Assembly (NCBI GenBank): GCA_012026655.1 | Contig: JAAILG010000554.1 | Span: forward strand, 1 to 64,000 | Source: Hydrolagus affinis | Lineage: Eukaryota | DNA length: 64,000 nt | Direction of reading: 5' to 3' | Shown: piece by piece, positions 39,172 to 52,996 of the stretch | Position numbering within the stretch: position 1 is the first letter of the stretch | How the letters are laid out: the number at the start of each line of letters is the position of its first letter | Made by a program: the position numbers and the translations under genes | The notes under the pieces: model-generated | Database searches by the model: none | The model's input: only the letters and a program-made list of their open reading frames with translations | What the model was told of the DNA's origin: nothing

Positions 39172-40139
39172 CACTAACTCAGGGTCCACAACCAACTCAT
39201 GGGTTCCACGATCTGAAGTAGAGGATCTCATGAGTGGGCTAGGATGTGTTATGGGTTATTGTAGGATTCTCTGTTAGCAATTTTTGAGTTGCTATTCGTG
39301 ATTCCCATTGCAAAGCGATACTTTTTCGGCATCTCCTTCTTCCCCCTGCCCTTTCCGATATGACTATCCAATATTCAGAACAATTTTCAGCTTGTCCTAG
39401 AATTTTTATGACAGATGTTTTTAAATCACTGAAAATAAGACCGGAGCATATTGAACATATAAAAAAGATGGTTTACTTCAATCATTTGAGAACTTCAAGG
39501 CAGAAACATTAGCAATAGCAACCTAAAATAAATGTATAAACATCAATTGGAGGATCCTAGGAAGTCAATAATTCCTATTATTTGTGCATGAACAAAACAG
39601 GCAAGATTGGTTGATTCATTGGTTTAAAGTAGACGGATGAGGCAATCTTTTATAATGTTAGTGGAAACCAGCTTTCATTAATGTTAAGTAATATCGATTT
39701 CACAATATCTAAATTCTATGTTATTTTTAAAATAACAGACTTCAAATACAGTCAGATAAATGTTAACTAAATAATAATTTATTGGGGTGCTCTAGCTACA
39801 TAAACTTAAATGTAAATGTACCATTGTAACTATTATTAAGACTACCTAGAAAATGCTTCACTGAAATTATGTGAAATTTTTATTTTCACGAAAAACAGTA
39901 AGTGCTGTGATAGCCATTGCATATTGTACCATATTATGATAATTTTAAGTTTTTTTAAAAAAAAACATATTTTTAATGATTTCCGAAAGAATGAGATCAA
40001 ATGGGTTGGATATTCTTCATCTGCACTCTTGAGATAAGCACATAGGGAAAGGATCATCAGGCAAACTCACAGGCAGACAAGGGAATCGGTAGGCAATTGA
40101 TCATACTTATTTATTCAGTTGCCAAAAAATAGCAACCAA

Positions 40140-40660
40140 CCCTCATGTCATAATGTGTGCGAGTACTTCCTGGTCAATGAGAGTTATGTTTGACTGCATG
40201 CTTCCCAGGGAGATGAACGCCACTAAAGCAATGAACTCAGTATCACTGGCAATGATGGATTGTTTGATGCCTCTTGTTTTTTTTCAGGTAAACCTGTCAT
40301 TCTTTGTTGCTACAGCAAATCTGTCCACAATTAGTTGCAGATCTTTCTGGGTGTCTGCTCCAAATGCCCAGACATCGGGGAAGAGAAGACATTGAATGAG
40401 TGACCTCCTTGCGAGAGTAGATCAACACACAAGAGCTCAAGACCTTGTATGAAATCTGATGCAAGCACCACGATGTTATCTTTTATGACATCAATCATTT
40501 CAGCGAAGAATACACCGAAGAGATTTTGTGCAAGAACATAGTGGTGTTTGATCTTACGAGGTACATTAAATAGTATGGAAAAGGCACAGTCAGTACAGTC
40601 TTCCCCTCACACCATCATGCAGTTGGTGAATAATCTGCTCATCAGAATACAAATGCCTGG
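40140..40660 (-). mobile_element. RTE-clade LINE reverse transcriptase fossil
   Basis: Colinear degenerate peptides IHQLHDGVRG, IKHHYVLAQNLFGVFF (cf. VKQGCVLAPTLFxIFF) and QCLLFPDVWAFGADTQKDLQLIVDRFAVATK (cf. ELLFADDCALVAHTEEDLQxLVDRF). Confidence 0.85.
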
Positions 40661-41699
40661 ATTTAAACCTTCTAAAAAAAAGATTTACTTTAGATATGTG
40701 TAATGCAGAATTATATCAAACAATATCGTAGCACACAAGACGTGAGAATGTAATTTAAGTTTGGACAACAATTGCAGCTGAATATTTTTCAACTTATGAG
40801 AAGAGATTGTGCTTGATCCAATGTGTTGCCTTCCGCAGCGGATTGCTTCAGGCATTGTTAGGAACTGATGTGGTTAGAAAACTAATATGATTGGTCATGC
40901 GGAGCCTCTTATGATAATAATTTGGTTGCAAGTCCAAATCAATAACATGAAAATGGAAACAATTGCGTGCATATTAAGCACAGACTTTTGTCATGTAATA
41001 CTGGGGTACCATGTAGAAATTCAATTGATGTGGAAGATATTTTTAATTAGAAACTTTTGAATGTAGGTTACAAATATCCAATGTATTCAAATAGGCATTT
41101 GGGGATATGGAAGTAACTGACTATTGGGCAAGATCTGAGATAATTTTATTTTTGCTTAGGAGTGGGTCTGTTTTGCATCTTTTGTTTAAACAAAGACTTG
41201 TAGATTTAATAGCATCATGGAGCTAATAACATAGCAATGTAGCAGCACACCATCTTTAAAATAATATTGGATTCCCTCAATGCAAAACCGTCACAGTCGT
41301 TGGTTCTTAGCTAAGCTCTTATGCAGCTGCAGGCTATGAAAACATAGCCTACAGCATAGTCTGACTTCAAATGTGCACAAACATTATGTTTATCGTGGAG
41401 TCCAAAACAAGCAACTCCTGTAAAGTGTATTGCCTGGTCTACCACATTCTGCTACTTTAACTATGTAGAATCTTGAGATTACTAGTCATAAACCAAAGAC
41501 AAAAGAAATGGTGGGGAAATATGTTTAAAGTCAACTAAATAGCCTGAAACAATCACTGTCCAGCACCTTGGGACATCCTCCTGATGTGATAGGGTTATGC
41601 AAGTATGATTTTCTTGTTGTTGTTGAAAAATAACTCAAGTAGACAAACCTAATCTTCAACCGTTACTTAACTCACATAGTCAAAATTATAAATTGTGTA

Positions 41700-41869
41700 C
41701 AGTAAAACTCACACAAGGCTTATCAGTTGGGACCACATGTTGACTATGATGTATGCAAAATATGAGTTATGTGAAACATAAATAATAGGAAATTCAATGG
41801 AACTTGGGTTAATGTATGACTTAGGCTATTATATGAATTATACAGATCATAGTTACATGAGTTTTACTG
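41700..41869. mobile_element. Tc1/mariner-pogo (Tigger-like) MITE, 170 bp
   Basis: TA|CAGTAAAACTCA ... TGAGTTTTACTG|TA: perfect 12-bp TIR flanked by TA on both sides. Confidence 0.8.
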
Positions 41870-42602
41870 TATTACATTTGTCAACAGCGACCTATTTTGA
41901 AGACTGCACAACCAGTCCGCCGTAGTCTTGTTATCCATTAACAATGCACTCTCAATTTAACAGATTTGATAATGGATTGCTTCTTATGACACTGAAACAC
42001 AACGTTGAATAAGATATTCCCTCTTGTCATATAACTCCTATAAGAAGGCTTAATAGCTTGCCCAAAACCTAAACTCATCACTACAGAGCTGAGAATAATA
42101 GATTAAAAATTGATTGCTACTGGGATTCAAACCTGTAAACTCCAGACTATGAGTCAAATTAGTCAAAGCACTTGATTGCAAAATCAAATCTGTAAAATAT
42201 CTACCTGGAATAATGTAGCATCTTGTTTGGAATTAATCAAGAAACCTGTCCACAATCAATCAGCCAACATGAAGATGATAAATGTCACCAGCCTTGGAAT
42301 GCAGATATTAAATTCTACAAATTTCTGCAGATCACTACTTGGAATGCTGATGTTAAAGCTCTGTTTGTAAAACTTTGGTCCAATGAAATCACTGTCTCCA
42401 GAAACATATTCAATCCTCCAGTGATCCTAACTTCAGGTATCCTCTTCCCCGATAAAATCAATTGGATTATGTTTCTACTGGTAAGTAGTACCAATCCTGT
42501 TTTGATAATTAATAATCGTTAAACTTCCACCATGTACAATAATACATTAATATCAAATTAAGATTCAAAATATCTAGACTCCAACAAGATATATGAAGTA
42601 CA

Positions 42603-42870
42603 TATCTGCCTGTTCAGTGGGGCTTAAGGATGCATGGCACTATTCCAAAAGAGAAGGGAGTTTCTCCCATTGATGTGGCCAGCAATCTTCCAGAATAATT
42701 GGCCATTCATTTCATGGCTATTTGCGGGGCATTGCTGGGTGCAAATTGTTTGTCGCATTCACCTACAAGATATAGTGTAATTTACAATAAATTCTGTGAA
42801 GCTAATTGAGATGTCCTCTCAAAGAAAAATATTCTACCAAACGCAAGAATTATTACTATGTATTATTATG
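42603..42870 (+). mobile_element. Deu-domain SINE, 3' two-thirds, diverged
   Basis: TCTGCCTGTTCAGTGGGGCTTAAGGATGCATGGCACTATTCCAAAAGAGAAGGGAGTTTCTCCC, then family-like body and tail. Confidence 0.7.
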
Positions 42871-45800
42871 TCTTATGATTATATCAGTGAGATAGAACAG
42901 CAGAAAATAATACTGAAACAATGCAAAATAATGTAACAAAGCTTTGCTTAGAGTGAAACTTTGAAGACTACAAATGATCATTTATACTAATGAATGTTAC
43001 TGTCTCAGTATCTCATAATAACTAGAAATGTCTCCAACCAAAGCATTTTTCTCATGAAAATCCATTTGCCTCAGGTTTAACTGTAGTGAGCAAATTAATC
43101 ACATGTTGCTTAGATACTTCCTATAAGTACCTTTGCCTTCATAGTAGTAACTGGGATATTGGCAGAAAGGTTAAAGTAATAGAATGCTAAAGAGGAAAAT
43201 TTTCATGTGTTATAAGGAAAATCCAATTATTTCTGGATATTACTCCCCACATACATAGCAATTGATCTTGAAAAGGAAAACACTGCAATCAAACATTTAA
43301 TAATTTTTTTTAAATGCAAAGGAGTGTTAAATGAAAGCAGCTGTTTGAGAAACTTTTGAGTAACTGTATATGCAATAGGACAAGCGATATTCTGAGCGTC
43401 TATAGTTTTTATGCTGGATTACCTCCGTTTAAAATTAGCCCTCTCAGTTGCACGGATATTATTTGAGTCAAGATTACCAGTGATTTCTAAAATCTGACAA
43501 AGATTTAAAAATTACAGTAAATCTTTTACACAGTAAAATGTTTATGCAAGTAACCTAAAATCGCCAAAACAGCCAATTCCTGAGGCATATCTGATGATCT
43601 TAAATCACGTTACAATTCAAAATTGTTACACAATGAATTCTATCAGTGGTACATGTCACATTTGGAAGAAGTCTTACCCCGCTAATTATCAGCTAATTAA
43701 AGCAATTGAAATCTTTTCAAAATTTCTGACAGACAGAATTAATTGTGCATAGAATACTCATGGGTGCTGTGAAGGCCTTCAATCACCAAATGCTATTGAT
43801 GTACATATTTTATGGTACAGTGTATTCAACTCATATTGGAAATGTGTATAAGCAATGCACTAGAAATCCACGTCCACTGGATGTTATGATATACATATAT
43901 GAGAGCGTTGCAATGCAAGGACAAAAGGAAAGGAGAATGTTAGACTATTGCATGTTTCAGGATCATTTACTAAGGTCACCCAAGCCCTTTTTTTCCCATA
44001 ATAGAGCGTTTTTTGAACGAATAAAACATTACCACATTATAATGCAGATCAATCAATCTACCTACAGTATATCCATCGGAACCCTACATCCCAAGGCAAA
44101 AAATAAACCTCGTTTGTTAGTATAATTTGTCCAGGAATTATGAATAATCTCCACATTATGTTTGTGGGAATTTTTTGAATATATATTGTACCCTGGCACA
44201 CAGATGTTCCTGTCTAATGAAGAAGCTAGTTATCAGCTTATCCGTTACACTACACTGCAGTTTGATACCAAAAAAATTAATCAAAATGTGACATAAAAGA
44301 AGGTACATCTTTGACACTGTGAATTGCTAACTCTTGCACGATGAATGAGAAAGTAACAATATTCCAGCCAGAAATCCGCTAGTGAGAGGGTAACTAATCT
44401 TCCCCCATCTGGAAAAGCTTAAAGCTCATAAATTATACTTCAATCCACTTGTATGCTCATGACGCATTTACTCTGTATGAGGCAGCTTAAGTTCTTGAAA
44501 TGAGTTAAATAATTATAACGTTTTATAAATCAAGTGAAATTCATCATCTGACTCTCGAATGAACGGTACATGGATACAAGCCTGGAACAATTCTATCTAA
44601 CCAACCCTGTGAAATTTTTCTTCCAGTCCTCCCTAATTATCTTAAGATTCTTCCTCCACCCAAGTGTCGGACCATCTAAAATGTTGCCATTGTCAACACT
44701 GCTCCAAGGCCAGGTGGTAAGCAAGCCATTCAAAGCCCAAGCCATTCAGTTAGGCTCTCACTTCCACCGAAAACTTGATTTCATCTTGTATTTCATCTAG
44801 TTCAGCTGAGAGCTGAAATAATTCATCTAACTGAAGCAAACTACTTTCAGAGACAGGTGGATCTGAACTCTATGCACCGAGCTCTGTAATGCACAACTTT
44901 TCGAGATAACAATTCAACCATTTGAACTCCTGGGCTTCAAGTTCCAAGTTTTCTCACCGTAGGCATCCAGCAGATAACATCAGCAAAATTCACAATCGTC
45001 AAAAGGCTTTGAACTATTTTATGTTAAAAAGGAGAATTCCACATATCATTCATCTCAGAAGTCAGTATGTTTTGCATAAATTAAATCCCAAAAGAAGACA
45101 TAAGGGAATTCTTGATATTAGATACAAAAGAATTGAAAGGGATAATGGTGGATTAGATTAAATTCAGCTGAATTGTGAACTCCTGAAGAATATAGCTGGC
45201 TGGGAGAAGTTACACACTTGAGCAAAATGTTTTCTGAACTACTATACTGTTTTTTTTCATTTGGTGAAATTGTTTTTGATAGAATTATAATTTAAATTGA
45301 ATCTTAGCCTTTAATGAGTGCCACTGTGACCATCAGGAATTTTACTAACCCCATCATAAATCACCCTTAATTGAACTGTATATGTCATGTCATAGCTGAT
45401 GAAATGAATTGTGGATTAGGAGCACTTGCATATACAATATTACGCTTTAATTCTGTGGGGCAGTGAAGGCTGAGCTGGGATGGAGGGAGCTTTTCTTTTG
45501 CAACTGATTCTCAGGCCTAAATTAAAACCCATTAACTACTATTGAATCCCATGTACAGTCTGATTATGAAGATTTATGGGGACTGCAGAAAGATTTTTTA
45601 AATGCAGCTCTTGAAATGAATGTGATTTGCATTGGTCAGCACTAGATTGTAAAACATATCACCCAAGTTTCTAAATGGACCTTGGCAGGCTGTACTTAAA
45701 TGTGTGACTCTCATGAGTTATTTTGTCTTAGGTTAAAATCATGTGATGTTTTTCACAGACTATCACCTGATGTGCTTACTTAATACAACATGTTCTGAAC

Positions 45801-48800
45801 AGTAGCTTTGAACGATGCTTAATGGCTGTGCTGTCATTCCGGCCGTTGCAATCCGGCTGAGTTTGTTTCACAGGAAAGCAAAACATCTACAGCACAATCT
45901 GTTTTATGCTACCAATGAAGAACACATTGTAACTACATTCTATAAAGTATTAAGGTGCTGATGGCTTTTACCGAAAATATATTGCTCTGCCATGGTAGTG
46001 AACAACGATGTACCAGCTGAATATCACTCTGTGCTAAGGAGACAAGAGTCAGCACATTGCATGATAAACAACCGATAGATTACCTGTCTGGTCGCATCCA
46101 CTCTTTCTCTTCATCTTGATAGATAGTTTGGAGGTACTTCATAGAGTTGTATTTCAAATATTTCTTTAAAAGGAAGAAACGAGTATTGTATTGCACTATT
46201 ACACTGTTTTTTATCTTGGCAATGTTACAAAAAAGGCACTTAATAATTCTATTGCCTCGTGGCACATATTCGTAATTTAAAATATTGGGGTGTCTCCTCT
46301 CTATGAGGAGCCGTTCTGCTGATGATAGCCACTGGACAGCAATGAAAATTTGCCCCATAAGGAATCTTGTGGAAAATGCATAACTTCTGTCCTGAATACT
46401 AATTAGAAGGTATACGGGGCTGGGAAACGTCAACACCTCTGAACACCACTGTTTATCCATTACAGGCAAATGTAATCAAAATTAACCAGTAATCAAACTC
46501 AAAACTAACAAGATCCAAAACAACCCATGTCAGGAATTTAGTCCCATTCTGTTGAAAGATGCATTCTACATGGTGTTGAGACAACACTTGACACATCAAA
46601 CTCCCAAGAGTCCAATAGAGTTGCACTGAACTGGCAATCAAACTCAGCTACGAGTTCTGTATATAAAAAAAACCTATTGATTTAGTCCTGATGCAGTGAA
46701 AAGATGTGGCTCCTGGTTGCTAACCAGTTATTGCTAAGTATCACATTTTATTCTTCCAATAACGTCACATATTTTCTCGTACCAGCACTAATGAATTAAC
46801 CCTTTCAATGGTGCTGCTTGTGAGTTTTCTCCTGTGTTAAACATCATACTATATGTTATATACTTATAATATTGTGGATAAATTCTGATAAGTTGAGCTA
46901 TAGAATTCACATGTAGAAACTATATTGATGTGTGTAGCAACAAACTATTTCCTAACTTCGATGACCAGTGTTAATGGTTTAAATAATTTATTTACAATGT
47001 TTTCTATTTGGTAGCATAAATGTGGATTATCATGTAGTTCCATGTCTTCTATGCATCCTACTGTATCCAACAAATGGAGTCATTTGGACTGACAGCACCG
47101 TGTAATCCCAAAAGCCATGAATATGTCATAACCAAATACACCAAAGTTCAGGCTGCGCATAATTCTACTCTTGAAGTTAGTTAGGTAACACAAAATGGAT
47201 AAATAAGGCTTACCACACAAAGCTAAGAAGCAGCAGTAAGCAGTTTGCCATGAGATTCAATTCAACATGAAGGAAGAAAAGATGAAATAAGCAATAATTT
47301 CTGTTGGATGATAAACATTTGTGTTTCCTTAGTTACGCAGATCTATTTCCAGCAAGTCAATTAGCAATCAATGGTACATTCAATTTTCCACCACATAGCC
47401 GCTTTTCAGGCAGTCATGATTAGAATCTTAGCCCCAGGGTACACATATGCAAATATTGGCCGTAATTGAGGGCTACACCAGTTTATAATGGACCTAGAGG
47501 TTACAGGAATGACAGAGGCATGTGTAAAAATGCCTAAAGCCAAACTACACGGTCATTTTTAGCACATTCAAGGTCATTTCTGTCTTGCAAGCAAAGCCTG
47601 AAAGCCGCTGCCCATATTGTACCCTGGAGCATGAATTATTTTGAAAGCTTTCATCTGTTTTCGGCACAGGGCAGGCTGTGGCTTGTGACATCAGTTGGCT
47701 TTGTTCCTTTGCAGACTTAAGTCACTCACTGAGGCCAACTGCCTACTAACCATTAGAACTGCTCTCACTTGTGCTGGCACTCTAGCCCATCAAGCATAAT
47801 ATTTCAATTTGGGGATGGTGGGAGGGGAAGGGTGAGGGGAACTGTAGCACTTTATTTACTACTGAATAGAGAATTCGTCAAAAATATATCCAAAAATATT
47901 TCTACTTTAATCTAATAATGCAACTCGAAAGCAGAATGGCAACACAGTACGGCATTAGTCTTCTTTTTGCTGAAAATAGATTCAGCTCCCGTTGTTTCTT
48001 TTGATAGTATTTGGATTGAAAATTTATATAATGTGCTTGTTAATAACTGGCAAAGAAATACTAGGGCCCTTTTGTTTGTAAATAACGCAGAAACCGGGAA
48101 TAGCTCTCATAAAATGCTCTAGAACAGGTCAAAATAAGCAATTGAAGTGAAGCGAATCTACGGTGAAACACACATGTCTGTAGTAAATCTTTAGGATTTC
48201 ACTTGGTTAATATAGCTATCTTCATTTTTCTTTATATTTTACATAAATGTACTGCCATCCGACCATGAAGTTGAAAACTTAATAAGCTTTTTTCTACAAT
48301 TGGGTCAGTGACCAATTAGTACTGGATTGTAAAAATGGGGTTCAGATTAATAATTAATCACGGAATAACAATGGTACAACAAATAATTCATAACGTGACT
48401 TTCCAGATCAGAAAACAGCACTGGCCAACAGAGTATTTACTGACAAAAGATTGTAGGCTTCCACAATTAATATTGCATGTAACAACTAGAGTTGCAAATG
48501 ACTCGCGGATAAAATATAGATAGTACTGTATAAAGGTGACACTGCTTGGACTAGCATTAATAATAGGACAACGTGCAAGGAATACTCAAAGAGTTTGACT
48601 GAAATGTTGTTTCAACAACAATCCATGTATATACAGTATATTGATGGGACAGTATTTTGGTGGAATATGAACAGGTGATCATATGATACTATTTGAATAA
48701 TGTCACAATTAAATAATAATAATAATTGTTGTATTTGATATATTTTTACATTTAGTATCCATTTTGGAAACCTAAATATAATGTTGGATGCAGAATTGTA

Positions 48801-48859
48801 AATAAAGAATTCAATAGTGCCTATAACATTGCTCATAATTACAGACAATGTAATTAGAG

Positions 48860-49260
48860 AAAAAAAAACTTGTTCCCGTCATTAATAAATAATGAATAAA
48901 TAAATAATCCCTGCTATCTGTCTTGCAATTGCCCTTTGCAAGCTGAAACCTGTATCCGTTTGTGTTGCTATCTTGGTGCGTCCCAAAGTAATGTTCAGGG
49001 TCTACTTTCTCATTCTCATTTAAAATCTTGTATGTCTCTATAAAAATCCGCTCTGAGACATCTCGTTTCAAAGCTGAAGAACTCTAGCTTGCCTAATTAT
49101 TGCTGACAGCGTCTTTCTGTATCCTAAGTTATCCTCGTTGCTCTCCACTCCGTTGAGTCTATTGTGTGAGCCACTTTACATTACAGTGACCAGGACTGTA
49201 TGCAGTCGTCTAGGTCCAGCATGACAAGAGCACTGTACGCCTTGTCTACTATACTCCTTG
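48860..49260 (-). mobile_element. Old CR1 LINE ORF2 3' fragment
   Basis: Frameshifted pieces YSALVMLDLDDCIQSWS and FIETYKILNENEKVDPEHYF...NGYRFQLAKGNCKTDSRDYLF resemble CR1 YxALVRPHLEYCVQFWS and ETYKIL...TRGHxFKLxK...RKYFF. Confidence 0.8.
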
Positions 49261-52200
49261 TATGCTCTAAAAATACCCTTTTCAACCCTAAACTTGTATC
49301 CTCTTGTTCAGCTGTCTTGGTGCACACCAGGCCTTGTACAGGAATGGTTTATAACTATCTGTAAGACATAAATGTCATACCTCCTCAAAAGTAATTATTT
49401 AACTTGTACTGTCCACATTAACAGTCTTGATCCAGCATTATAATGTTCATGTCATGTAATGCAGAGCCACACAGACAAATATACAATCCAAAATGGCCAG
49501 CAATATGGTGACAAAAGACAATACAAAGACTGGATATGAAACTAACAAGAAAGCTTGTTAGTTTTGGAGTGCTTTCAAGGTTGTAATATTGCCTCAGTAC
49601 TTGATAGAGCTCAAGCTTCACTCTCATACTTCGCACAATCATCCCAACCCTCAAGTGTATTTCTACTTATAGCATATGTACAGGCGCTGTTTATTCTGTA
49701 TGGATTGTGCAGTTTTTGTTACCCGAAGGGGTACAAACACACAGGTTTTCTCATTGGGATTTGAAATCACTTGTTCTGTTGGAGAATCTGGTCGACTGTG
49801 AATGTTACAAAAGTGACCCATTTATTAGTCAAGATTATTTGTTTTGGAGTATTCAAGTAAAAATGGTGTGCGTTTTGCAGTTAATTCTGCTGATCTGGGA
49901 TACATGTGAAATTTAACTTCTTAATTAAACTGCAGAATGGTTTACAACCTGGACCAACTGAGATGAAAAGAACCCAAATGACTTTGGACTTGATCTCTAA
50001 TGTATTGTTGTGAAAAATCATGAAGACCTGCCGTACAAACACAACATAAGTGATAGACACACTGATAATTGGGTAACACCAGATGGTAGTATTAAATATC
50101 CAGACCGTGATCTTGGCAATATAGGTATGCATCATAAAACAGGCTTCCTGTAGTTCAAGAATAAATACCTAAATAATAAAGGAACGCGTACATAATAAAG
50201 CTTGGTTATTCGTTACAGCTTGATCTCAGACCACAGCGCATCTCTTTGTTCCACGTGATGCTTTGTTAAATTTTCAGCTTCCCATGAAGAATAACCCTGT
50301 AGAAGTGATTTATTCTTCACAGGTGTTATAGAATCCCTGTGAAAGTGGACGGTGTGACATACATGTAAATACACCTGGAGGTGATTTCCAATATTGTTTG
50401 GAAAATGTACTATATGATTATCACTGATGATAAGTATCACAGCACACAGCCCTTTTTGCACTCCCGTTATATGCAGTCCATTTGTGCCACGATGGATCAG
50501 TTCTGCAGAAGATGCTTAATTAGATGCTCAGTTTTCATACCAGATCTTATACAATTCCAGAATTCATCAGTATTTCTATAAACCATTCAATTTAAAAAGA
50601 TGCAATTGTGAAATAAAAGTGAGCATTAGAAGTGCAAAATAATCCTAGTGAATATAATACTGGAATGAACTGAAATGCCCCTTTTTAAGTAAGCCTTTTT
50701 ATGCCCATTTTTATCTATTTAAATTTCATTTTTGCATATCACGCATATTTAGTTGCAGAGACATTATGCTGACTACTTTGAAGCTAAACTTTGAAGCTAA
50801 GCTGTGCTGAAATTTTCAATAAATACAGCAAGTATTAAGTATCATGCAGGAGTGATCAGGAAATCAGGAAATGAATGAGTCGTGATTGGCTCCATCTATT
50901 CTAATTTACCATCATGCTTTTAAAACAGGTTTTTCAAATAGTTTCCAAAAGCTAGTCTTCAATCTTTGAAATTAATACTCAGAATGATGTACACTTGGAA
51001 TGAAAACATGAGTGGCAATGTATTACCAGACATTAACTGAGAATTGCCAGACAATTGAGGCATTTTAATGTGTCTCAAACTAAGTGAAGTGCAAGCATCT
51101 TTAAGTTAATTAGAACCCAAAGAGCTTGTTACTACCCACAGTGCAGTCCTATTCATGTTTACTCTCTGCCATTTCTCATAATTTCTGATTTTAGTGCTTT
51201 TCTGGGAAGACTGTTTTTTTCCTTAAGCGTACTGAAGGGTTAGGGTAAGGGAAGTTTGCAAAGTCTTAAAAAGAGACTTTTGTTATCCCTAGACCAGCCA
51301 TTTGAATTTTAAAACAGTTAACCTTGCATACTGATATCTCATATTACAGCAACAAAAGTCCTCAAATAACAGGAGTTGAATGTTCCTTATACCATATAAG
51401 GTATATATATGGTATTCCATATACCATATTTGAAACAGCATTAATATTATGAGTATCTTGTTTCTAAACCTGAGCATCACATTAAGCATCTTATTAATCT
51501 ACCAAATCATCAAGGTAACAGGAGGGTCTTATCCTGCTCACTTTCAAGATGACCACAAGATTGTCCATGGATTACAGGCAGCTGCACTGCAGTGTCAATA
51601 CGAAGAGGTCCTGGATGGTGAGGTTCGATGCACAGAATGGGGGTTGGGTAAAAGAAACACAACAGATGAAAAGCAATAGGATTCGAAGATTAAAAGAAAA
51701 TGAAAAAGCAACGGATAAAAAGTACTCAATCCAGCTAAAGTATAGACAGGAAATCAAAGGCAAGCAAAGAGCAAAGAGAGTACAAAATGAAGAGAGAAAA
51801 ATCAAAGGCAGCCAAGAGGGAAACATTAAACAATACAATGCATCAGGTACAGCCAACTTCCATTCTTACAATGTGTTTCAAGTGATCTTGGTTTATATAT
51901 CTGCTTTGGTTCGTTATGTAAACCGTTCGGTTATTACTGCTCATTTATTTCTGCAGAAACATAGACTCTTAGCAAACAGTAAGCCAGACAAATCCAAAGC
52001 TTTCATAATCATTGAGTTGATGCACTCCGGGGGAACTGACTTACACATGCTATTCTTCCAAATTCACGCCATTAAACTAGAGCTAAGTGAGAATTTTAGC
52101 AAAAATGTTCAAAACAACAAAACAATCTGATGAAATTACATAGGGATTAGCTCAATAGGTACTCCCACATCAAAACAGTTCAAATGAAATTGCTAAAGAT

Positions 52201-52996
52201 ATATTTGATATGACATATGTGGCATTGAGTGTTGGATTAATAGCTAAACCATAATTATCATTTGGTTTCGTGCAAATTTGTGGCACCACCACTTTAACAC
52301 CAACTAATGGTGCAGCATGGAGAACGAAATGAAGGGCATGATTCCAGAATATGTTCTAGTATATGTTCAGTTACTCAATATAGAGTAACTGCTTTACTTC
52401 TGCCTGCTGCAAAACAATAGCTATCACTTTCTTGCAGGAGATCTTACATGTTCTCTCTAGGCAAAAGCTTTTGTAGTGACAATTTTAAAAAAAAACAAGC
52501 ATACACCTTTCAGTGATATGTTTTCTGCTATGCATTTTTTCCCCACCTAGACTCACCTCTTCCTTGGTAGAGGTGTTCTACAATCTTGCAGCGGAGCCAA
52601 TTAAAGGAAACAAAGAAATAAGCCTTCATCCTGTGCGATCACTTTCTTTTTCAGGATGAATATATTCAACATCACTATGTGGTTACCTATAGAATCCTGC
52701 ATAAGCTACTGCAACGAGCAACGAGGACAGTGTTGGTACTTTCTGATCTGGAAACTGTACTCACCATTAGACAAAGCATTTCAGTTTAAGAAGTGTGTGT
52801 CATTACATCAGCATTAGCACAAGCCAGACAAAATATCCAGCACCACAATAACCGCCCACATAATATCCTAATTTAAGTGTTTAATCCATTTGTAGATACT
52901 ATAATTCTAATCACGCTCTAATGCGTCAGCTGAACATTTTATTGAAAGGTCCCAGATTTTAGACGTTGAGTGAAAAAGCTGCAAAACAAATCGTAC

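Noticed and set aside
49420-50580. Cluster of short ORFs with slightly higher complexity, suspected transposon or pseudogene
   Set aside because: No motif could be confidently recognised in any frame. It needs a translated search (tBLASTx or Dfam) to classify.
50775-50800. Short tandem duplications (ACTTTGAAGCTAA twice; also near 53555, 59148 and 61923)
   Set aside because: Two-copy slippage duplications with no further support for function.
51549-52130. Longest ORF in the track (193 aa, +)
   Set aside because: Low-complexity K/E/Q-rich translation of an A/G-rich tract with no recognisable domain, antisense within an intron. The 51540-51640 part may be a decayed LINE scrap.
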